A stretch of DNA of 63,942 nt, filler included, from Limisphaerales bacterium (GTDB lineage: Bacteria > Verrucomicrobiota > Verrucomicrobiia > Limisphaerales > SIBE01): NCBI GenBank assembly GCA_044225505.1. It is 3 parts of 3 records of this genome, joined end to end, with 100 filler letters (N's around TTAATTAATTAA, not from the genome) between each part and the next. Parts side by side here need not be neighbours in the genome. Positions count along the whole stretch, not along the records: positions 26,361 to 52,590 come from JBGAIN010000117.1; 2 more parts are not named here. One strand, 5' to 3'. The translations under genes were made by a program, and so were the position numbers. Of this stretch, positions 28,876 to 37,445 are shown one piece after another (the first letter of the stretch is position 1; every line of letters starts with the position of its first letter). The notes under the pieces are model-generated. The model ran no database searches. It saw nothing but the letters and a program-made list of their open reading frames with translations, and was not told the origin of the DNA.

Positions 28876-29471
28876 TCACTTCTATGCCCCAGAAATACTC
28901 TCTGACCCTCGGACTTATTCCACTGCTATGGGTTGCCTTGGCCGCGGAAAACGGATCAGAACAATCTCACAAGCTTGCTTCAGTGAGCGTCCGTAAGATG
29001 GCCGACTCGGTCCACGCGGTCGTCGCTGCGAATCAGCGAAGCTACGTCGAACTCGCCCTCCCATCGAGACACGCGGATACCTCGCCGTCAGGTGCTTCCA
29101 CCCTCTCGAGCGAACTTGCCCGTTCGCCGTCGCACGCCCAAATCCTTCGACACGCCGCGGCGAGTATCCAAAAACAAGGCGCCGAATTCTCCTACACACT
29201 CCGGTCGCTCTGGCCAATTCATCCGAGTGCCGGTCCGCAAACGGAAGCGGAGGAAACTGGCTTGCGCGCCGTGATAGCTCATCCCAATAAGCCATTCTAT
29301 ACCGAAGAGGAACTGGGCGGCCGCAGTTACTTTACCGCGGTTTACGCCGAACCAGCCACGGTGTCATCCTGCGTCTCCTGCCATAACCAGCAATCGGACA
29401 GCCCAAGGCGCGATTTCAAACTAGGCGAGGTAATGGGAGCGATCGTTGTGCGTGTTCCCTTGGAGTTTTGA
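28872..29471 (+). CDS. DUF3365/Tll0287-like c-type heme protein
   Basis: Signal peptide, YTLRSLWPI, CVSCHN heme motif, DFKLGEVMGAIVVRVPL. Confidence 0.85.
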   Translation: MITSMPQKYSLTLGLIPLLWVALAAENGSEQSHKLASVSVRKMADSVHAVVAANQRSYVELALPSRHADTSPSGASTLSSELARSPSHAQILRHAAASIQKQGAEFSYTLRSLWPIHPSAGPQTEAEETGLRAVIAHPNKPFYTEEELGGRSYFTAVYAEPATVSSCVSCHNQQSDSPRRDFKLGEVMGAIVVRVPLEF

Positions 29472-29690
29472 ACTGCGGAAGCTAACTGGTATGTTGATCC
29501 TTTGCAGACAAGGAAGCCGACTTGGTGTACTCCTATCAGCCACTCATGGCGCCAAAGCGAAACGTGCGATCAAAAACCGCAATCCCGTCCCCTTTAGCTC
29601 TGCCCATTGAGATGCCGTCAAGTTCCCCGGTGCCTCACCACGCTCTCGATCCTATCGACTGCCGGAACCGCTCCGAGAACTGACTTCGGC

Positions 29691-30647
29691 ATGACCCTCA
29701 CCGCTTCCAGCGTTTGGCCTCTTCCATTGGTGTTGCCTCTGCTCAGCGCCGTTGTCTACGTTTTTAGCGCTTTGATGCTCAAGCGAGCGGCAGATCTGGG
29801 AGCAGATGTTTGGCGAAGCACTCGTGTCTGCAATTTCACCATCGCTCTGCTTTTCACGCCGCTCCTGGCCTTGGGCGGAACAATCCCAGCGCCTGGACAG
29901 CTCTGGCAACCCGCTGGGGTAGCCTTGCTGTTCTTTGCCGGGCAGATTCTGAATCTCCTCGCGCTCAAAGTTGGGGATGTTTCCGTGGCAACCCCAGTCC
30001 TGGGCGTTAAGGTGCTTTTGGTGGCTTTGCTTACGCCATTGGTCCTTGGCCAGCAGATCGGTGCGTACCTCTGGACGGCCGCGTTTTTGAGCACTTCTGC
30101 GGTCGCACTCCTAAACCTAAATGGAAACCATCCGCACCACCGAGTCGGGACAACAACGGTGATGGCATTGGCTGCAGCCCTGGCCTATGCCCTTTTTGAT
30201 ATGCTCGTGCAACGCTGGTCGCCCGCTTGGGGCGTCGGCCGATTCTTGCCCATCACAATGGCGTTCGTCGCGCTCTACTCGCTGCCACTCTTGTGGGCTC
30301 AAAGCGCCGCGTCTCCAACCCAACTGAAGTCTAAACGAAGTGCTTGGCTTATCGGCGGGGCTTTGTGTTTGGCCATCCAGGGAGGCATGTTTATCTACGC
30401 CATTGCGGTCTACAAACAAGCGGCTGTCGCGAATATCTTGTATAGTTCACGCGGACTCTGGAGTGTCCTCGCCGTTTGGCTGATCGGCGGATGGTTCACG
30501 AACCGAGAACGGCATCACGGCAAATCCGTCCTGCTCTGGCGCCTGCTCGGCGCGGCGTTGCTGATGACGGCCATTCTGCTGGTGTTAACGGCTGTTCCTC
30601 GTCGTGACCCCTTGAACATCCAGCAACCACCACTCCAAAACCACTGA
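29691..30647 (+). CDS. DMT/EamA-family membrane transporter
   Basis: About ten hydrophobic segments; GDVSVATPVLGVK, ANILYSSRGLWSV. Confidence 0.85.
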   Translation: MTLTASSVWPLPLVLPLLSAVVYVFSALMLKRAADLGADVWRSTRVCNFTIALLFTPLLALGGTIPAPGQLWQPAGVALLFFAGQILNLLALKVGDVSVATPVLGVKVLLVALLTPLVLGQQIGAYLWTAAFLSTSAVALLNLNGNHPHHRVGTTTVMALAAALAYALFDMLVQRWSPAWGVGRFLPITMAFVALYSLPLLWAQSAASPTQLKSKRSAWLIGGALCLAIQGGMFIYAIAVYKQAAVANILYSSRGLWSVLAVWLIGGWFTNRERHHGKSVLLWRLLGAALLMTAILLVLTAVPRRDPLNIQQPPLQNH

Positions 30648-30758
30648 TAGCTTAACCGGAAGTCCGGAGAATCCCACCGTCACACGACGGCAAGCCCGGG
30701 ATGGCCCCCTCCTCTGATGGACCGCCGCTGAACCAGGAAACTGGGGTTGATCGTCGCC

Positions 30759-33608
30759 TCAAAGCGGGTCCCCGTGCAAGAAGATGACCACTCTGACCCG
30801 CGGCTGGGGACCGTCCACTCGATCGCAAGTGAACTCGATGCGGTTCGCTCCACGCTGTAGTTTCAGCTCTTCCCCAAGTGCATTGACTTGGCGAAGAGCC
30901 TCACCTTTGGCCCCGTAGACAACTCCGTGCGAGCGATCGTCCACTTCCATAAAACTGCCCGAGGTCATCTCCACGGGAAGCCCAAAAGAGGCTCCGTTCA
31001 CGGTGAGCCTTGGCTGGCGTATGGTCCCAGGAAGCAGCTTGAGGGCTTTCAGTTTGCCCAGGCCACACTTGGTTCGCTTCTCCGGAGCGAGGTTTTGCAG
31101 CCAAAGGCTAAGCCGATCGATATTTCCGAAATCGACGCTCTCCCGATATGCATTGTAAAGGGACTTGGTGTCACCCCAATCGTAGTCGCTCCACCGGCTC
31201 GACTCCGTTTCCACGAGTGAGACAAGGCGTCTCCCGACGAAATCTACGGTCACATACCGGTCCGCGATCGCTCCGAAGGAAAGATGCTTCGGACTTTCCA
31301 GCCGGAGGGCCACGACTTCGCCCAGGCCGTCCCCTTCGATTGGCAAACCTAGGGCTCGATGCTGTTTCAAGCTGAGCGCCGGATCGAACTTTCTCTCCCA
31401 ACGCGCCCAAGCCGCGCGGCGCGGCACACGGCCGGAATTCGTCGCGCTGAACTGACCCTCCGGAGTCGCGCCGTCAAGCGTGGGGCCGAGGTTTAGCGCC
31501 ACACTTACGCCTTCAGCGCTGGCAACAGTGCCGGCGAATGTCCCAGGAGCACCCAAGTCCGCAAGGACAATGTTTTCCGGATCGTCGTAAGCGCTGACCG
31601 ACATAAGCGCCTCCAGCCGGAATTGCAGCGGTTGAGCAGCGTACGGGTTGTCAAGATACCAAACGAGGGTCCACGGCTCCCCGAGCGCCGCGTTATGCGC
31701 GTCGACCTGCGCTGGACGGACACGCCATTGCCCAGCGGAATCGCTCACCAAAGAGAATTCGCGTCCTGGCTCCCGCAATCGAGCCCGAATGGCCTCCGAA
31801 AAGTACTGTTTCCGTCGGAGTTCCTCCGATTGATGCAGAAGGTTTACCGCTCGGCGAAAGAGCGGCACTTCCTCTAATCGCCGCGGATCAATCGCACCCG
31901 TTAACGAAACACCCGCGTCCCAACCAATGAGCTTTGTGCCCAAATACTCGATGACGTCCGGATAAGTCGGCTCGATTTGAGGTGGGTCAAAGGTCTGGAA
32001 GTTCCACCAGCCCAGGTGCAGCGGTAAGAGGAGCCCGCCGTGCGCCGCTTGCGCGTGCAAGTCGATAAAACGTTTATGGCCGCGTTCCGGATAATCCCAC
32101 GCCTGCCACCGCGTGCGATACTGCCAAAAATGATGCCACATGGCGCTCATTTCCATTCCGACGGGCTTTTTCAAGTAACGCTGAATGGCAAGAACAAATT
32201 TATCAGCCCAGAACCAGCACTCGTCTGCTCCTCGGAGAATGGAACTGCCGTCAATGGCATCCAGATAAATTCCATCAAAGCCCACGGCATTGACAATCTC
32301 CGCGTGCTGGCGCGCGATTTCTTCAAAGAGCGTGGAGTCGACATCGGGGACAAACAGACCGAAACATTCTTTGAGTTGCCGAGCCCGCGTGCCCTTTTCA
32401 TGGGGACCGGCTTTAGTGCCAAACGCGCCTCGATTCAACCCGCTAAACCGCCATGGCGGCGCTTGTGAAACGTGACTAAACGTCATCAATTCATCATCGA
32501 CATGCAGCACAACGCTGTTGTGCTCAAAGAAACCCGTGACCGTGCTCAAACCTTCCGTCGATTCATCGACCAACAACTCCGAGGCCTCAGGTGAAATCGG
32601 CGCGCTCAGGTGAAAACTGCGAAACGCATCCAAACGCGAATCTGGAACTGGGCTGACATACTTGCTCTGTTTATCGATAAAAAACGCATAAGTATGAAAA
32701 ATCGAATCAATCCCGGCGTCGTGCAGTCGTTGCACGATGCGCTGATAGCCCTCCCAGCCGTCCGGCCACTTGCTCGGGTTTAGGGCGAAGTCGCCAAACC
32801 GAAAAAACGCCGATCCGCCATGATTATCGATCTGCGTCACTCCCAGTTGGCGCGCCATAGAAATCCAGTCGTTCACGTTCGTTTCCGTCAGCGAACCGAA
32901 ATTGAACAGGTATGACCCGTGATTGAAGGGAATCTCGCTCGCCCAGGGTCCAGCCACGGGACAATGAGGCATCTCATCGGATTCGGTCAGCACATCCTTC
33001 AGCGCTGGAATCATACGATGCATCGGCACCCCAACAAGGGCCGCTTGGGCGCCGATAATCCCAAACTTAAATTCGCACGACGCTTGAAGGTCTCGCTGCA
33101 ACGCCGGTAGAGCGTCTACCCGAGTTCGCAGGTTCATCGAGAACGCGCATGCGCCGAAGCCTTCCTCCGGCCGTCCAGCCACGCTCAACGGGATACTCAG
33201 AAACGTCAACGACTGAACTGGCGGCCCCGCAACCGACTCCACCGTAAATCGCAGATATGACCGGCGCAATTCCACTCTCAAATTCGCAGTCACGCCGGAT
33301 GTCCCAAACTGCAAGGTCAACCGCTGGTCAGCCCAAGCCGCAGCGCTTGCCGGGTAAGTTTGTCCCGTCAGTCGAATGGACGCACAGGCCGAGGGCTCGC
33401 CGCGCAAGTAGTTGATACCCGAAACGCGATCGACAAACTCCAAGTTCAGCCCGTTCGTCGCAATTCCATATCGCAACGCATCGTTTTCGAAAACGATGGG
33501 AGTGGCCCTCCCGAACGTCCCACCGCCAACGAGATATAGCCCTAATCCTACCGTCCAGGCAACGAGGGTTCTGCTGCAGCGGCAGCATGGAGGCCATAAT
33601 GTCTTCAT
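30759..33608 (-). CDS. Large secreted hypothetical protein, probable glycoside-hydrolase-like TIM barrel
   Basis: Signal peptide; IVQRLHDAGI..FHT, GFDGIYLDAIDG; family not assignable by eye. Confidence 0.7.
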   Translation of the reverse strand: MKTLWPPCCRCSRTLVAWTVGLGLYLVGGGTFGRATPIVFENDALRYGIATNGLNLEFVDRVSGINYLRGEPSACASIRLTGQTYPASAAAWADQRLTLQFGTSGVTANLRVELRRSYLRFTVESVAGPPVQSLTFLSIPLSVAGRPEEGFGACAFSMNLRTRVDALPALQRDLQASCEFKFGIIGAQAALVGVPMHRMIPALKDVLTESDEMPHCPVAGPWASEIPFNHGSYLFNFGSLTETNVNDWISMARQLGVTQIDNHGGSAFFRFGDFALNPSKWPDGWEGYQRIVQRLHDAGIDSIFHTYAFFIDKQSKYVSPVPDSRLDAFRSFHLSAPISPEASELLVDESTEGLSTVTGFFEHNSVVLHVDDELMTFSHVSQAPPWRFSGLNRGAFGTKAGPHEKGTRARQLKECFGLFVPDVDSTLFEEIARQHAEIVNAVGFDGIYLDAIDGSSILRGADECWFWADKFVLAIQRYLKKPVGMEMSAMWHHFWQYRTRWQAWDYPERGHKRFIDLHAQAAHGGLLLPLHLGWWNFQTFDPPQIEPTYPDVIEYLGTKLIGWDAGVSLTGAIDPRRLEEVPLFRRAVNLLHQSEELRRKQYFSEAIRARLREPGREFSLVSDSAGQWRVRPAQVDAHNAALGEPWTLVWYLDNPYAAQPLQFRLEALMSVSAYDDPENIVLADLGAPGTFAGTVASAEGVSVALNLGPTLDGATPEGQFSATNSGRVPRRAAWARWERKFDPALSLKQHRALGLPIEGDGLGEVVALRLESPKHLSFGAIADRYVTVDFVGRRLVSLVETESSRWSDYDWGDTKSLYNAYRESVDFGNIDRLSLWLQNLAPEKRTKCGLGKLKALKLLPGTIRQPRLTVNGASFGLPVEMTSGSFMEVDDRSHGVVYGAKGEALRQVNALGEELKLQRGANRIEFTCDRVDGPQPRVRVVIFLHGDPL

Positions 33609-33809
33609 CGCTTTAAAATGGACAATCTTCCGTTTTGAAACCGAGCCTTCGACGCTGAGGTCCAGCGCATGCGAGATTCACTCATCGTTACCAAATCGGC
33701 TTAGGCTTGCCGATGCAAATTCGAAACTCTTTCTTTGCCGCTGCTCGAGATCGTGTTAAGAAAAGCGTTTTAGCTGTTTTGCGCGCTCCGTGTTTGCCGG
33801 GGTCAATCT

Positions 33810-35717
33810 ATGAAACAATGTCGTATTTTGGAGCCGATTGTTTTTACGCTGCTGCTGTTCGCTCAACCACCGAATCTGCTCTCCGCACAAGAGGAGAGGC
33901 AAAGCAGCCCCTCGCCCTACTACACACTCGTGAGCCAGGGAACTCCTCTCTGCACCCTCGTAACCGCCGAAAGGCCCACGCCTGCAGCCCGCCTAGCGGC
34001 ACTAGAACTTCAACATCACCTTCACAAAATTTCCGGCGCCAAGGTTCCTATTCGATCCGAAACACAGAGTGTCGAGGGTCTTCGAATCCTCGTTGGTGAG
34101 AGTGAAGCGACACGCCAGTTCCGGTTGAAGAGTTCCGACCTACCACCTCAGGAATATCTAATCGCGTTTCGGCCAAACACCATTGTGCTGCTGGGACGGG
34201 ACTGGGAAGACACCGAATCGAACCGCCGCGTCCAGGGACGATCTACGACCGATGAATCACTGACACAATCACGACATAAAATCGACTATGGAAAAGCCGT
34301 CGGCGCAAGCGAGCGGATCCTCGGCGAGATCGAATTGCCCGGTGTCTACGACGATCAGGGCACTTGCCTTGCCACCTACGATTTCCTGGAACGGTTTTGC
34401 GGAGTCCGCTGGTATGGTCCCTCGGAGATTCATATCATCGCCCCTCAGCACTCCACCATCCGCATCGAGGGCCAGGACGTTCGACGAACTCCCGCTTTAA
34501 AGCATCGAAGCGCTTTGGTGAGCGGTTCCTGGCCGTTCTTGCGCAGCCAATGGGGCGAATTCACTCGCGATCAGCTCTGCCTCTTCTGGCGACGCAATCG
34601 GCAAGGGGGCGAACGTTGGGCGGGCAACCACACTTTTCACCGTAAAACGATCGAAGAAGTGTTCACTGACCCGGCTTACCAATGCCAGAATCCCAAGGGT
34701 CGAGGGTCGCAACTTTGCTACTCAAATGCGAAGCTCGTGGATCAGGTCACACAAATGGCGCGGAACTACTTCGACGGTAAAGGAGAGCTGCCGGATGGCT
34801 GGAAAGCGTCTGGGAATTACTTCTCCATCGTCCCTGACGATAACGTCAATCTGTGCCAATGTCCAAATTGCCGGGCTTTGCTTGAACGTGGGCAGACACG
34901 CCGAACGGGTTTTTTCAGCAGCGGTGAAATGAGCGATTATTGGTTCTCTTTTGTGAACGCGGTGGCCCGTGAAGTCCGCCAGACTCACCCCGATAAGTTC
35001 ATTAGCACGTTAGCCTATTGGCGATACGCACTTCCTCCAAGCTTTGACCTGGAACCGAATGTTTCCGTCGCTCCCTGCCTCCATACCTGCTATTACCCGG
35101 TCCATCCGGAGATGAGGGAAAACGATCTCTCGCTCTACAGGCAATGGCAGGCTAAAACCAAAGCCCCCACGTTCCTTTGGGTTTACTATCATCACCCGAT
35201 GGAAGCAGCGCTCATCGGGAAGTGGAAATGTTTCCCTCACGTCATGATCCACAGCACCACGCGGGCTATGCAACAGTTCCTTAAGGACGGAGTTCAGGGA
35301 ATCTTCGAGTGCGGCGAACAAGATCAACTCGAACAGTATGTCATGACGAAGATTTGGGATGATCCGGAAATCGACGTCGATCATTTGATCAACGAGTTTT
35401 TTCAACTCTATTTCGGCAAGGCCAGCGAGCCGATGAGGCAATTTTACTTGGCGCTGGAATCGATCGCGTGCAACCCATCCAACTACCCTGCCCCGTATCA
35501 TCGTTCGGATGGTATCGACTGGAAAAAGGCAGCGTGGGAGCAACTCGGAACGGAGGACCGGATGCGTGATCTGGCCACCCTCGTCGAGCAAGCGGAGAAG
35601 CTGGCCCAACCAGGGAAGGAAAAGCAACGCGTCGGACTTTGGCGGAAGGCATTTTGGGATTGGATGAGCGAAGGGCAGAAACAACACTCAGCGGCAGGGG
35701 TTACCAAAGGCCCATAG
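33810..35717 (+). CDS. DUF4838 domain-containing protein
   Basis: N-terminal AALELQHHLHKISGAKVPI and GTCLATYDFLERFCGVRWY; HTF, QLCYSN, PDDN..CQCPNC, FVNAVAREV, STLAY. Confidence 0.85.
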   Translation: MKQCRILEPIVFTLLLFAQPPNLLSAQEERQSSPSPYYTLVSQGTPLCTLVTAERPTPAARLAALELQHHLHKISGAKVPIRSETQSVEGLRILVGESEATRQFRLKSSDLPPQEYLIAFRPNTIVLLGRDWEDTESNRRVQGRSTTDESLTQSRHKIDYGKAVGASERILGEIELPGVYDDQGTCLATYDFLERFCGVRWYGPSEIHIIAPQHSTIRIEGQDVRRTPALKHRSALVSGSWPFLRSQWGEFTRDQLCLFWRRNRQGGERWAGNHTFHRKTIEEVFTDPAYQCQNPKGRGSQLCYSNAKLVDQVTQMARNYFDGKGELPDGWKASGNYFSIVPDDNVNLCQCPNCRALLERGQTRRTGFFSSGEMSDYWFSFVNAVAREVRQTHPDKFISTLAYWRYALPPSFDLEPNVSVAPCLHTCYYPVHPEMRENDLSLYRQWQAKTKAPTFLWVYYHHPMEAALIGKWKCFPHVMIHSTTRAMQQFLKDGVQGIFECGEQDQLEQYVMTKIWDDPEIDVDHLINEFFQLYFGKASEPMRQFYLALESIACNPSNYPAPYHRSDGIDWKKAAWEQLGTEDRMRDLATLVEQAEKLAQPGKEKQRVGLWRKAFWDWMSEGQKQHSAAGVTKGP

Positions 35718-35912
35718 CTCTTGGCGCGATTGACTAGGCAAAAGTTTCCGGAGTTGATGGACCATCCTCAGAGGTTGGTCCTGCCGTGGAACCGTTCAGT
35801 CGGCCAAGCAATGAGCGACCACATTCCATCTAACTGATTGCAAACGATTTACAGTCCACTCAACCACTGGCAAGGCGTTCCAACCCCGGGGCTAATCCTT
35901 AGCCAGGGACCA

Positions 35913-35927
35913 TGGCACGGCCCTTGC
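35913..35927 (+). promoter_or_regulatory. Sigma-54 (-24/-12) promoter candidate
   Basis: TGGCAC-GGCCC-TTGC matches TGGCAC-N5-TTGC; about 130 bp upstream of ATG 36060. Confidence 0.65.
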
Positions 35928-36059
35928 CACGTCGGGTTGGATGCAACGTGTTTCTATTCCGCGAAGGTCTTCGCCTGAGATTTCCAATGAATCTCGACGA
36001 GGTCGCGGAGTGATCACCTCCCAATCGTCAGTCGCCCCTAGTTCTGGATCTGTAAGCCT

Positions 36060-37142
36060 ATGAGGAACCTCGCGGACCTTCAACTTTCATGTTTATGCAC
36101 ACTCTCTCTGATGGCGTGCGCTAGTCTGACGGGGTGCCAACATCCTCCAAAACCCTTCGTCAGCGCTGAGGTTCCAAGCTTTTGCCGTGAGCAGGGACTT
36201 CGTGACGCTCTGCCAACGGGGCGCCGGCAGCAACACGAGTGTCCGTCCGTTACAGGATACTCCAATTCATCCAATCTGGAACAACTCCTGAATGAGAAGA
36301 CAAATCACGTGCACGCCCTGGCGGAATTAGTCGCGACATCCCTCGCGTTCCGAGCCGAGCTAAGGGACCAGAACCTTGAGGCCGTCAGCCAGGCTTACCT
36401 CATCGCGCTCGAGGTCACCGTTCACAACTTGGAACACGCGCAGACCACAGGATTCAAACGATGCCGAGTTCAATTCCGGGAACTCGTGAACGAGCAGAGG
36501 CAAGCGCAGACGAATTCACAATCACCGCACGCTCTGGCGAGGGAGAGCGCAAGCACCCTCCAGCTCGAAGCGACCGCTGTCGCTCTTGACTTTGAACAGG
36601 GTGAGCTCATCCAGACCGGCGAGTGCCTTGACCTGGCAATTCAAGGCAACGGCATGTTGGAAGTGGAATTGCCCGACGGCCGATTGGCCTACACGCGCGA
36701 TGGCTGTTTACGGATCGCCTCCGATGGGCGGGTGATCACCAGCGCCGGCTTTTCCCTGCAAAGCGGGTTCGGCATGGTGCCGCAAAAGACAACGGCTATC
36801 AGTATTAGCCCAGATGGCGACATCGTCTATTCCGGGAACGGATCGACCGTCCATTCGGTGCTTACACTCGCGCGATTTCGTGATCTCAGTGGGCTCGAAC
36901 CTCTGGGGAACGGTCTTTTCCTACCCACGCCAGCTTCCGGGGATCCAATCCTCTCGGTTCCAGGCAAAGATGGCTGCGGCCAGATCCACCAAGGGTTTTT
37001 GGAGAGCTCGAATGTTTCGGTTGCAGAAGAACTGAAAGATCTGATTCGAAGGCAACGCACGTGCCTCGGCTACAAGGAACAAGTCCACGCGACAAGCCTG
37101 ACAACGCCACATTCAGCCGACGCGTTCGCCACGACTCGGTGA
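36060..37142 (+). CDS. Orphan FlgG-like (flagellar rod/hook family) protein with N-terminal lipoprotein-like extension
   Basis: TTGFKR, FEQGELIQTGECLDLAIQGNG, AYTRDG, GLEPLGNGLF, QGFLESSNVSVAEEL; about 105 extra N-terminal residues with LTGC. Confidence 0.85.
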   Translation: MRNLADLQLSCLCTLSLMACASLTGCQHPPKPFVSAEVPSFCREQGLRDALPTGRRQQHECPSVTGYSNSSNLEQLLNEKTNHVHALAELVATSLAFRAELRDQNLEAVSQAYLIALEVTVHNLEHAQTTGFKRCRVQFRELVNEQRQAQTNSQSPHALARESASTLQLEATAVALDFEQGELIQTGECLDLAIQGNGMLEVELPDGRLAYTRDGCLRIASDGRVITSAGFSLQSGFGMVPQKTTAISISPDGDIVYSGNGSTVHSVLTLARFRDLSGLEPLGNGLFLPTPASGDPILSVPGKDGCGQIHQGFLESSNVSVAEELKDLIRRQRTCLGYKEQVHATSLTTPHSADAFATTR

Positions 37143-37445
37143 CGCCCTTCGGTCGGTGAGACACAGCGTCCCCAATCCAGCAGCGCCTTGCGCCGTCCAC
37201 ATGGCTGGCCTCGACAGTCCGTGACCCATAGGCAATTCACGCGACGTTTCCGCCGCCCACAGTCTGAACGGGCGCGATTTCTCAGTTACGCCAACGGATT
37301 CCAACCAGGCCACTCCGCTCGCAAAACGCAATCGCGAACGCGCCGGAAGAGCATTTCGCCGGGCTCTCGATTGATTCAGTGACATCGGACCGAAACCATC
37401 ATAAGGTCATCCTATTAATCTAGAATTCTCCACTCGCTCTCATTT

